Assembly (NCBI RefSeq): GCF_009914755.1
Contig: NC_060947.1
Source: the human T2T-CHM13v2.0 reference genome, Homo sapiens
Length of the DNA stretch: 64,000 bases
Direction: 5' to 3' (one strand)
Shown here: positions 30,667 through 47,229 of the stretch, one piece after another
Layout of the letters: every line of letters starts with the position of its first letter
Numbering within the stretch: position 1 is the stretch's first letter
Translations under genes and position numbers: made by a program
Notes under the pieces: generated by a model
The model's database searches: none
What the model was told of the DNA's origin: nothing
The model's input: only the letters and a program-made list of their open reading frames with translations

Positions 30667-30849
30667 TCCTTCCATTATTTTTGTGCATTGATTTTTTTTT
30701 TTTAAAGAAAGCTAGAAAACCTTGAGTTAAGATTTTTAATTTACAGGTTGCATTAAAGTATTAAATCCTTTGGTTTGAGTTTTCTTACAAAACCATACTC
30801 ATATGAGATAGGAGGGAAAAAGTTATCACTTTCTGTAGTTAGGTGATAA

Positions 30850-31221
<372 letters not shown>

Positions 31222-31432
31222 GTATTTTCTTAACTAGTTAACTTTAATCAGCCTTTATATACATTTAGTGTTTAATATACTAACCACAAATGAGTTGGGT
31301 TTGACCCATTCTCAAGGAAGATTGGTAAGCACATATGTGTTTCATTTTTGCCCATTAATCTTTCTTCAGTTCACATTCCCTCTGTTTAATATATTTGCTA
31401 AATTTAGGCAACTGCTGTTTTAGATAGAGTAA

Positions 31433-31804
<372 letters not shown>

Positions 31805-32306
31805 TAATTTCATGTTATGTTATTTGAACTTGTGTGTGTATATATGTAAAATATATTATTAAGTCTTATTGTTTTAAAAGTTTTCTGGTTATGATCATTA
31901 GTTTATGATTTGGTATACTCTCTGGTTTTTAATAGTTTAAATGTCATTTTTATGGAATATAAAATAAACAGCATAGTTTTGGGCTAGGTTCTACATACAA
32001 TACTAATTTATTGCAAAAATCAACATCTACATTGTCACTATCTAATTACAGGATGTTGTGTCATTTAATTTTCTCTTTACCTTGCTACGTGGATGCCCTT
32101 TGAACTGTAAACATGTCACCCTAATCTTTGTTCATGAACATGCTTTCCTGTGCCATGAGACAGGAAAAGTATTTTTATTCATAATACTATGGGATTGCCT
32201 TCAGGGTCTTTGAATATTTTGTGATTTGTTGAGTTCTTTTGTTTGGTGGTTTTGTTTTAAACTGTTACACTTTTCATTTGCTAACTGAACTTCACAACTG
32301 TTTTAG

Positions 32307-32444
32307 TCCAAGACAGGCCTTCCACTTAGCACTTACTTCAGTGCAGTGAAACTTCGTTGGCTCCTTGACAATGTGAGAAAAGTTCAAAAGGCCGTTGAAG
32401 AAAAACGAGCTCTTTTTGGGACTATTGATTCATGGCTTATTTGG
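32307..32444 (+). CDS. GK: GK exon 6 (138 nt), [22 protein letters not shown]...DSWLIW
   Basis: ttttag|TCCAAG...ATTTGG|gtatgt; FGGY signature 1. Confidence 0.97.
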
Positions 32445-33702
32445 GTATGTTTAAATATAATGGATATATGGAGAATTTTTTCAGAAATTTTTTCTAGACT
32501 GCCTTGCCTATTGTTTCTACTAGCAGGTCAGACTTTTTAATTAGCAGCATTATGAAGAAAAACCACTCAAAAAGCAACAGGAGAACTTTTCAGCTTCCAT
32601 TCGAGAAGCATTTTTGCCTACTTCCTCTTTATTTTTTCTTGTCTTACTTCAGTGAAAATGAAGGATAATTACCAAAACTGTATCTAATATCTATTATCTT
32701 TAGGATGAGTAATTTAGATACCCTTTCCCTATTGTCTGTTATATACTCCTTTCCCACTAGCCATGTCTTAGACGAAATAACTATTTAGCAGGATAAAATA
32801 CCTAGAGTACTTTTATCTTTTGCTTTCAACATTACATAACTGTCTCTTGTATAATCAAGCCATAATATGAAACTAAATCATAGTGGAAATTTCTATTTAG
32901 AATCTTTTTGCCTAAGCTGAATACACAGCAATCATCAACCTATGGCCAATCTTATTTCTACTATACTCACATATTCTTTCTCCCCACAGATAATTTTAAA
33001 ACAAATGCCAGACATTTCATTTTATTTGTAAATATTTCAGTAAGTATGTAATGATCTTTTTTAACATTCAAGGGAATGTCAAGGAAATATTGTCCCCACT
33101 CTCACTTGACAGATCCACAGAGCAGGTCTTTCAGAACCCATATCAGAAAGAGGCACCTTCTTCACCTCTCCATGTGCTTGGCCAGGGCAGAATGTGCTTT
33201 GTGTTCATGGCCAGCCATTTTCACGTGTGTCAGTCACAGTTGAATGAGTACCTTTGACAATTGCATCGAACCAGAGTAAGGCAAGATGTGGAAACTGTGA
33301 GCTGCAGGAGACTCAAGGGAGCACATTTTGGCTATATCCCACTGGATGCTGTTTATTGACCTTTGTTCCTTTCCTACCTCTTATTGCTTCCATGTAAAGG
33401 AAAGCAGCAGTGCCTTCAGTTCAGGCATGTGGGTACACCTGAGAAAGAAAGTTTAAAACTCTCCTTTCAGGATATATGCTTAGGTGAGTGTAGATAGCAT
33501 AATGCGAATTGTTATTTAAACAACAACAGCAACAACAAAAAAAACCAAAGAGATAACAACAACACACAATTCTCTAATAATCCTTATGAGGCAGATATTT
33601 CCATTTATTTCATCTCGCCGAATTTAATAAGACTCTGAGTTTTCTCAACATAATAGGATGAAAACAAAACCGATTTTTTATTTATCCATCAAGTAACTGG
33701 AA

Positions 33703-33842
33703 TTGTGCTGATAAGGTGGCCACTAGCCACATTTGGCTATTGAGCACTTGAAGCATGATCAAATTGAGGTTTGCTGTAAGCATGGAATATACACCAGATT
33801 TCAAAGACTTAGTACAGAAAAAAGAAGGTAAAAAAATGTAAT
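33703..33842 (+). mobile_element. MER33-like partial MITE
   Basis: ggccactagccacatttggctattgagcacttgaa...accagatttcaaagacttagtac. Confidence 0.8.
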
Positions 33843-33948
33843 GTTCCGTTCTTTTGCTTTATGTGCTCTGCTGATTATGACCCTTAACAATATGTAAATT
33901 AAATTGCCAATAAGTACAAATTTAACCTGATTTTTTTACTCTGCCTAG

Positions 33949-34059
<111 letters not shown>

Positions 34060-34523
34060 TAAGTTCTGTTTTGCTCTAAATATAGTTTTCCCAATACACT
34101 ACCTATTTATAACCGAAATCTTAATATTTTCAGATGTCAGTGGAGCACCAAAATTTAACTGTTGATATTTCAACTACAATATGCAAATCTATGTTATGTG
34201 TTTTTTAAAGAGAGACTATTATTGCATTTATAATAAACAGGCCAAATTAATTATTCTTCACGGAAGTTTAGGTTCCTTTATAAAAGTACTTTGGTTTCTG
34301 TGTGCTTTCTAATTTTTATTGATTGGCTTGCATAAAGTTAGAATGTTAAATATCTAAGAATACAGCTATGTTCTGTTGGCTTACGTATTTATTGCTATCT
34401 AACTCCATGCTCAAAAACATCCATTTCTAATTGTTATTTATGCTTTTTGCATTTAAATACATATAAATGTTTCTAGATGTCTATTTAAAACAGTGTTAAA
34501 TACCCAATCTTCTTGTTTTTCAG

Positions 34524-34590
34524 ATTTTTTGGAATTCCAATGGAAATTCTTCCAAATGTCCGGAGTTCTTCTGAGATCTATGGCCTAATG
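34524..34590 (+). CDS. GK: GK exon 8 (67 nt), [22 protein letters not shown]
   Basis: ttttcag|ATTTTT...CTAATG|gtaaaa. Confidence 0.96.
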
Positions 34591-35638
34591 GTAAAAAACA
34601 AACAAACAAACAAAAAACACACCAAAAAACCAAAAAACAAACAAAAAAAAACCTAATAATTAAAGTTTTTTTATTACAAAACAAGTTTACTATTCATAAT
34701 TCAAAAGTCAACTGTGTTATGTTTTGTGACTTAAAAACTTTACAGTCCTTTTTACAATGGATTTGCATTTATAAACTTTAATTGGTTTTTCTTTGAGTAT
34801 TATTATTTTTAAAGAATTGATGGGATACTCTAACTTTAGATGTTGGCATGAGCCAATTTATTCTTTGAATCCAAATAACTGTTTAGTGGTTGTGATGTCT
34901 GCTTTTAATTTAGCGGAGAGACTCTGCATATTTAGTAGTGTTCTTTTTCCCGTTGAATCTTTTTTATGGCCAAGCTATGTTATATATTAGATTCTTTGCC
35001 TGAGCAAAATTTAGCAAAGAAACTGAAAGCAAAGAGTCTGTTTCTGATTTGGGATTGCTAATTAAACTAGTTTCTGTAATGGACATTTTTACTTTTGATT
35101 TCACTGAAATCCAGTAAAGACATAGCTTCAGCAAAAGTGTGCCTAGCATCATTAAGAGTCTGTGGTTAAACATCAGGAATGAAAACCTCTAGGAGGATTT
35201 GCACTGGTGTTTGAGCACAAAAATCTGGAATTTATGATAAGACTCAGGAATAAGTCTGATAAATTACAAAAAGTATTGCTTAGACATTTCATGAAAGATA
35301 TGAGAAACTTCACTTACAAAGTTAATAATAATATAGATGAACACTAAGTGCTCTGGATAAAGCTTGAGCAAGAATTTTTAACTGTTTTATTTATAATAAA
35401 GCTTTTTAAGGCAACATAGAATTTCTTAAGGAAGCCATAGTCACTGCTTATCTACAGTAAAAGTGCTTTGATCATTTCATAGCTGTCTGCAAACTGACTT
35501 GGGTCAAGGAAAAAGAAACGATGCTTGAGAAATAGTTTCACAGGATGGTTAGAAAAAAAAACGTGGAACTGGCCTAGTTTTCTCTTGTATTTAAAATATT
35601 ATGCTTCTATCCTTCTTTCTCCCCCTTGCTGACTATAG

Positions 35639-35656
35639 AAAATCTCTCATAGCGTG
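35639..35656 (+). CDS. GK: GK alternative microexon (exon 9/8A, 18 nt), KISHSV
   Basis: gactatag|AAAATCTCTCATAGCGTG|gtgagt; phase 0-0; matches the KISHSV insert of the long human isoform. Confidence 0.93.
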
Positions 35657-36329
35657 GTGAGTAGGTTGCCCGCCAATTATGTACCCATTCATTTGGAAAA
35701 GATACAGTGCACTTCCATTTATTTTTAGACAAGCAGAAGTCCATTTACTAAACATATATATCTAGAATTTCCGTGACCTTCCAAATTATTATAAGCTCTA
35801 GTCAGATTTTAATTTTTACAAAAACTTAATCTTGTTTGTTTTTAAAGAGTAATGTTCTAAAATAAAAGACTAAGGTAGTTTCCTGGAATGAGAGATTCTG
35901 ATATTCTCATAAAGTACAACTGTGATGTGCTTTGGGCTTTACCATAATAGGGCAATTAGATAGATACAGTTTGAAATGTCTATTTTAAATGATATATTGA
36001 CCACCTTTCCAGACCAGTTAGTTGGAAATGCACTGTTACTTTTTCTGCATGCTTCATCAAGGATGCTCCAGGAGGAGCATCAGAGGTCCCTCCCTCTGAA
36101 GAAAAAAGAGCACTTTACATGCCTGAACACACATAGTAGATCCTGTTGATAGTTTGTTAATTTTGAAAGTATAAGCAAAGACTTCTTGTAATACTTAAAT
36201 ATATCAAGATATATAGCCTCTAGGTTTCCTATAGATTCACTTTAAGCCTTTTATGAAATTTACCCTTTACTTAATATCCAGGTTCAGATTTTCAAAGAAT
36301 ATATACAGTAAATGAAAATAGCAGGTTTT

Positions 36330-36800
<471 letters not shown>

Positions 36801-37084
36801 GAAAATAGCAGGTTTTGAATTAACCAGAAAACAAGAAAGAAATAAAATGATACCAGCTATCTAGAGGACATTTTCTATTTTGTAAAGGGTTTCTACATTT
36901 ATGCTATTATTTCTTCATTATCATAGCTATGTGAGGTGAATTCTATTCTTGCCCTCACTTTAACAGACGGGATATCTAAAGCTCCCAGAGCCTGGGAGAC
37001 TTGCTCATACATGGCAGACCAAGGAGTCAGGTCCAAAGCTTTAGTTTGGTGCTCATCCTAGTACATCACCCCTACTTCAGGGAT

Positions 37085-37278
37085 TTTATATATATATATA
37101 TGTTTTATATATATGTTATATATATACATGTTATATATACATGTTATGTATAACATGTTATATATACATGTTATGTATAACATGTATATACAACATGTTA
37201 TACATAACATGTATATATATAACATGTTTTTTATATATATATACACACATACGTTTTATATATATATATACACACACA
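37085..37278. repeat. TA/CATG-rich minisatellite
   Basis: Repeated tatatacatgttatgtataacatgtta units next to an Alu tail. Confidence 0.9.
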
Positions 37279-37575
37279 CTTTTTTTTTTTTTTTTGAGAC
37301 GGAGGCTCACTCTGTCACCCAGGCTGGAGTGCAATGGCATGATCTTGGCTCACTGCAACCCCGCCTCCTGAGTTCAAGTGATTCTTCCACCTCAGCCTCC
37401 TGAGTAGCTGGGATTACAGGTACCCGCCATCATGCCCGGCTAATTTTGGTATTTTTGTGGAGATGGGGTTTCACCATGTTGGCCAGGCTGGTCTTCAAGT
37501 CCTGACCTCAGGTGATCCTCCCACCTCGGCCTCCCAAAGTGCTGGGATTACAGGCAGGAGGCACAGTGCCCGGCT
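37279..37575 (-). mobile_element. Alu
   Basis: Antisense consensus. Confidence 0.93.
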
Positions 37576-38325
37576 GGGGATCCTATTTCTTAGTTCTCCT
37601 AATTCCTTAATATCATTAAATATTGCCTTGAGTTAATGTGTCTTTTTTTAAAATTAAGGTTGTCAAGTCTACAATCAGCCACTTAAATCTCATTTTTCTT
37701 CCTAGAATGCTGGCCATCATGATCAAAATAAAAACCAGTATTTATGACATAAATTAACTGTTGCTTATCTAAATTTGAAGAAAGATGTTTGCTATGAACA
37801 AATAATATACAATACCTGAACACTCTTGTGTTTAGAGCAGCTTGAGTAGAAAGAAAAGTTGCTAAAATATGGCCTTGCAAAATAAATGTGTTTCATACTG
37901 GTTTGATAGCTATTGGAAGAATATATTAGTCATTTCTTAATAATGGCAATAATAGCAAAGTACTAATGAACTTGAGCAATCACGTAGCCCAATCTCCATT
38001 TTGTAGAGAAATAATGTGATGTATTGAGAGGTTTCAACAGCCTGCTAGTAGATTAATACTAACTAACTAACCAAGAGTAGAGCCCTCATTTACTGGCTCC
38101 CAGTCTAACGTTTTATGTTCATTCTCCAGTGCCACATCTCTTCCTGTCATTCTAGGAATACTTGTAGTATCTGTCTCTTTATCATTCATTTAGTTGAAAT
38201 GCTTTCTTTGTCTTGTCTGCCCACATCCTCTGGCACATTGCTACTTGTGTTCACTCTTGTTGCAGCTATGTTAGTAGAGCCAAAATTTTGTGACTATTCA
38301 TAATCCTTTTTTTAAATTTTATTAG

Positions 38326-38361
38326 AAAGCTGGGGCCTTGGAAGGTGTGCCAATATCTGGG
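38326..38361 (+). CDS. GK: GK exon 10 (36 nt), KAGALEGVPISG
   Basis: ttattag|AAAGCT...TCTGGG|gtaagt. Confidence 0.96.
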
Positions 38362-38753
38362 GTAAGTTTCATCACCAAGTGTCTCCCCATCCCCACCCTT
38401 CCCCATGTTATGGCTTTCCTCCTCTTAGTTCATCAGTGTGCCTCTTTTTAAACTAGGGAAAACAAGTAAAAGTTGCAAAATTGGCTAATTCTTGTTCTTA
38501 CATGTCATACTGTGGGCCATTGAGAATCTTTTGAATAAATTAATTTTAACTCTCCCTTCCCATACCTATTATCTTACATATTAACAAATGGTATTAACAA
38601 ATGGGGAAAATGGCCAAATGGAGAAAATGCAAGGAAATAGACAGTTCATTCTTTGATAAATAAAAAATGAAAAATAAATCCTATGGCTCTTCTAAAAAGA
38701 AAGTTAATACTATTGTATTAGTCAGTGTTCTTTATTGTCATTTATACTTTCAG

Positions 38754-38821
38754 TGTTTAGGGGACCAGTCTGCTGCATTGGTGGGACAAATGTGCTTCCA
38801 GATTGGACAAGCCAAAAATAC
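38754..38821 (+). CDS. GK: GK exon 11 (68 nt), [23 protein letters not shown]
   Basis: ctttcag|TGTTTA...AATAC|gtgagt; catalytic GDQ motif. Confidence 0.97.
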
Positions 38822-39043
38822 GTGAGTTTAAGAAACAGACTTAAAAACCAATGCTGTTTTGTTTTTTCTACTTGGTGCTTTGAATAAGGAAAAGCTTTTG
38901 AAGTTCATCCAGGATGAAAATCAATAGCTTAATAGCTCCAATATGCATATATACACTTTTTACCATTTTTTTATATCTTTAAATAAAATACAAAATGCCA
39001 TATATATGCACACTGATGAAGCTTATAAAGACCTAAATTTGTA

Positions 39044-39346
<303 letters not shown>

Positions 39347-39547
39347 ACCTTAATTTGTAAAATTCATTACCTTTTATATCCTAAAAACTAAATTTTGGTT
39401 CAAAGTATTCTTGCCTTTTTGGGGAGATTGGTGGGGTGGTGAGAGGGGTGGGAAGAAGTGAGGAAGAGCTGTAATATATAGTTTTTGGCATATTAAGTCT
39501 TTCTCACTAACTGTAAAGTTATATTTTTGTGGGATTTTCAAGGTTAT

Positions 39548-39633
39548 TTTCCTGGCATTGTGCTTTCTCTCCATTATCTGAAGTTTCGCCTTTCCTGGCA
39601 TTGTGCTTTCTCTCCATTATCTGAAGTTTCTCC
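39548..39633. repeat. 43-bp tandem duplication
   Basis: tttcctggcattgtgctttctctccattatctgaagtttc(g/t)cc twice, 42/43 identical. Confidence 0.95.
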
Positions 39634-39778
39634 TTTGACAAGAAGCAGAAAGAATGATAGAAGTAGAGATTTGGTATATTTTTCTCTCAATCTCATCTTC
39701 TTACTACTCACACATGCAGAATCTGGAACAAGCCCCATATCTAAGAGTAATAAGAAGATGACTCCCACTTTAGGATAA

Positions 39779-40366
<588 letters not shown>

Positions 40367-40899
40367 TTAGCCAATGGCTATTGTGTTACCTATAATGTTT
40401 CATGTGCTTTAAACACATGATATCATTTAATCCACATATAGATCCTATTATTCCCATTTTATAGATCAAGAAACTGAGAATTAAAGAAAAAAATTTATGC
40501 AACAGCACACAACTAGTAAGTGGGAGATGCAATATTTGCACCCAGATCCATGTCATTCCTTAGCCAGGGTTCTTAACCTGTGTACTGTACTACCTCCTGT
40601 ATGGAAAAGATTTCCATATAACTGGCAAGAGGCTACATTTAATTGCTATTTTCTTGAGGATTTCCTAATTATCTCATCGATTTTAACTTCAGTGGTTAAG
40701 TTCTTCCTTTGTGAATAATGGAATGTGTAACATTTCTAGATTAAACGTTCTTGTAGTCTAGCAGGGTCAGTGGCTCTCATGCAAGAGTGTGACATTATTT
40801 GTGTGAGAGTTTTTTGAGGAGGAGGGATGTGGGAATTCTTTGCAGGTCATGGTAATCTGAGGTTACATGACCAAGAGCATCTGAGTCAGCCTGAGTCTG

Positions 40900-43170
<2,271 letters not shown>

Positions 43171-44976
43171 TGACAGTCAGCTCAGAATTCAATGAAAAGC
43201 CCATCTCTGTTTCAGAGTGGGGGAAGAAATTATGGATGATTCTAATTTTTCTTTCAGCTTAGCTGTATTTTCCAATTTTTCTAGAATGTAAAAATTATTT
43301 GAACATTAAATTTTATTTTTCTGAAAGAGCACATGAGATAGCTGTCTCATTTGTCCAGTAGTGCTGACTGGGTGTGACAGAGTTTTTTACCTCCCTCACA
43401 GCTTCCTCTGGGGTCAACCCCCCTGCCCCTATGCGCCATCTTCGTCACACCTCTCTGGGCTGCTCAGTCCTGATCTGATAGTCATGAAGGAGAGCAAGCA
43501 ACGTTTACCTTTGTAGAAGTTAGAAAAGTGAGACATCTTTCTGCTATGTTTGAACACAGTACAGTGTTCTGTGAGTACAATGTACAATGAGGAAGGCGAG
43601 GTAGATCATGTAAATGCTGAAAGCTCCATATGTGCTTGATGACTGGGAAGAAAGAACAATAAAATTTAAGAGGAAAATACTTGCCTGTGTACTGCTTTAA
43701 AAGCTGTGGCCTAAGTATAGCAAAGAAGTCTCTTCATATTTGCTAATACTCATTAATTGCTTATTAAGTATACTCACTTACGAATTCACTTTTATTAAGT
43801 ACCTTGAGTCTTCTCATCAGTTTTGCACTAAGACGCGTACGCTACTGTTCAGTATAGTGTTTATATGGATGCTAAATTGGTACAGATTTCTCCTTTAAAA
43901 AGCATGAAATAGATAATTAACTTCCATTTTTATGAATATTTATCACAGTAGATTAACTTGAAACATGTAGCTTTTTCAGTGTGCGGCAATAAAACGGTAT
44001 AGTGATTTTGTGTTTTAGTTTGTAAATGTATTACCTGTACCTAGTGTTATTTGACAAGTATCTTTACAAAATTAGATATTAGTCCCATGCTCCTTGAATT
44101 TGTCACCTGCTCATCAAGCAGGCCAAGAATATATTTGGATGAGAAGAGATAGACTATCCTAGGCTAATCCTTATGGTAACAATGGTACCTGGAAAAATGT
44201 CGGAAAACAATTTCCCTTGGTTTTGTGTTTGTTGCACAATCAAAATGCAGCTGATGGGATCTGTTGAGTTAGTGCTGACTGGTGGTAGCTTCTTCTGGGA
44301 TCCTTCTGCCAGCTCCTGGACTGAGCACTGTCCCATCTTTCAGTTGCTGGAATGTCACCAGCACAGTTAGAACCCTGGTGGTGCAGGGCACAGCAGCAAG
44401 GCCCACGGGGAAGGAATGCCCAGCTTGGGCAGAGCCAAGCAAGGGTGACTGTAGCAACCTTGTTACCCCAAGCTTAACTGTTCCTCTGTGACCCTTACTG
44501 GTATCACTTTGGGCCACTTATCTGCCTGGCACATGTCAAAACTACCTATTAATGTCCAAGGGCCAGACTTGCTGCAGAATCCAAAGTTTATATTGATAAG
44601 GCTGCCACAAAATAAATTCAGTTCTTCTGTATCAGCCATGTTACATTCTGGCTCTGATTATCAAAGGTAGACCTTAAATTGCCTTCCGTTCCATGCCACT
44701 CTTGTCCTAGCTTTCCAACTACACCCTCCCACACTCTGTATCCAGCCTCCCCACCCTGCCAGAAGGTAGTGGTGTTTCTCATTTTATGACTGTATTAATG
44801 ATAGAGCTAAGCTGGCTGTCAGTCATGATGCTTCACTCCACATGGATTAGTAGTAACATAACTATGACAGAACTTAGAATTTGTTGTAATTCAGTGGTAT
44901 TTTATAAACACAGCCCTGGCCTAGGACTGACTAAACACTAAATACTATATCTGCATTTTTCTATTAAGATTGCAAT

Positions 44977-45282
<306 letters not shown>

Positions 45283-45485
45283 CTAAGTACATTTTCTTCT
45301 AGGCTGATTTCTAAAACATTATTCCAGGAAGATATATGATTTTTGTTAACTTTAGGAACTTTTATAAAACTATAATGACTTTTTTGGACTAAATTATATG
45401 TCAGTTTTGATCATTTGTGTTATTAATGTTTCATTATTTGCTTTCAATAAAATTGTCTTACTATTCATTCTCCCTTCAACCATAG

Positions 45486-45528
45486 GTATGGAACAGGATG
45501 TTTCTTACTATGTAATACAGGCCATAAG
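45486..45528 (+). CDS. GK: GK exon 12 (43 nt), YGTGCFLLCNTGHK
   Basis: ccatag|GTATGG...CATAAG|gttggt. Confidence 0.96.
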
Positions 45529-45983
45529 GTTGGTTTTTTAAATTAAAAAATTGATTTAAAAGTCTAAGTTCATCTAAATAATGCTTGAACATAATTTACT
45601 ATTAAATAACTTTTAGTCTTTAGCTTTTACTTAATCTTTATCAGGGTTTAATTTAGAGCTCAATACAAAATTTGAATCGTTCTAATAAGAACCATTTTAG
45701 ACTCTTTGAATTTTATATGTGTGTTTTTAATTGTGTTGGTGGGAAATCTAGACTGAGACCTCATCAAATTCTTAATGCAAATCTAATTTGAAACAAGGAA
45801 TAAACTTTTTATACAGCTTAAATGTGTTCTTAATTCTGATCGTTTTGACTGTAAGGATTTATTTTAAAAATTGGTTTATTGATTGCATTATTTTGTACCT
45901 ATGTTATTTTAACTTTAAAAAAAAGTTCTCATGTTATCTTTTCATTTTCCACTACTGAAATCTTTTTTTTTTCTTTCTTACAG

Positions 45984-46064
45984 TGTGTATTTTCTGATCA
46001 TGGCCTTCTCACCACAGTGGCTTACAAACTTGGCAGAGACAAACCAGTATATTATGCTTTGGAA
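45984..46064 (+). CDS. GK: GK exon 13 (81 nt), [27 protein letters not shown]
   Basis: cttacag|TGTGTA...TTGGAA|gtaagt. Confidence 0.97.
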
Positions 46065-47229
46065 GTAAGTTCTTTTTAATCAATATGGATAATATGACAA
46101 ACATTCAAAGCTAATAAAAATTACAGTGTTTTCTAACACTTTTCTGGTAAATCTTAATACAGAGGACTCAAAAAGTTCTGCTTTCTTGGCATTTGATTGA
46201 GTTGAAGGAACCTGAAACTGATCTGGGTGTCAGGACTCACAGGAGACCTTGATTAGATTGGTTCCTCAGTTCTTATGCCAATTAATCATGTCACCTTAGG
46301 CATATTACTTGAGAGCTCTACAATGTAAGGTTTTTTTTTTTTTTATCTCTAAAGTTTAATCGGATTAACGTGCTCTCTAACATTTCTTTCATCTTGAAAA
46401 TTCTTTGATTTTATAAATAAAATGCTCCAGTGTTCCAAAGAGAACCCTGGGCACAAATAGGCAGAACAACTCTCTTCACTTGTCTCCTCATAAAAATAAA
46501 TTTTGTGTAACATTTTGATATAGAAAAGAAAGTGAGGAGATTTATGCCACTTATCACTGGAAACATTTGTTTCAAACATTTTTGTATGTTATAGTAGGAA
46601 TATGCCAGCCTAAGCCTATAGGATATGGTAAGTTAGTGTTAGAAATATTTATTTATAAAGTCAAAGAAATAATATTCTTTTTGTAAAATTAGATACATTT
46701 CTTATAAGCATTTCTATATAATTAATTTTGAAATGGCTACCTTATAATGCACAAGTATACACTTGATCTGCAGACTCATTGAGGCTCATTTTTTGGAGTG
46801 CCTGATAATAATTTGGTCACAAGTTAAAGACTTCTAGTTAGAGTTAAAACATTTTATTAGTCATTATGCCTAGCACATGAGGAATATTAGTTTATTTCTA
46901 TTTTTCTCCCTTCCCCAACCCATAAACACTATAATATTTCTCCCCAGCTCCTTTTCTATGGATGGAAGCATTTGTGAAAACTTAGTCTGTATATTAAATG
47001 TATCTTAACACTTCTCAGAACTTAAAATCCTACAAGCCCTCTCCCTCTCTACTTTCCCTCTGTGGAGAGTGCATAGCACAACACTAGGCACATAGAATAT
47101 GCACTTGATAAGTGTTACCTATAATATAATAAGAATATGATTCTGCTTTTTTTCTTCTTGCATGGGAAACAATCAGTGCTTTAGAATACAGGTGCCTTAG
47201 ACCTGGGACAGGCCTCAGGGACAGGGGTC

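Noticed and set aside
43552-43570. Glucocorticoid response element-like gaacacagtacagtgttct
   Set aside because: Half-site spacing does not fit AGAACAnnnTGTTCT.
43350-44700. Unique-looking, partly GC-richer segment with short overlapping ORFs and a repeated agtgctgactgg
   Set aside because: No recognisable protein motif, terminal repeats or splice structure. It may be an old DNA transposon or an enhancer, but I cannot support either call.
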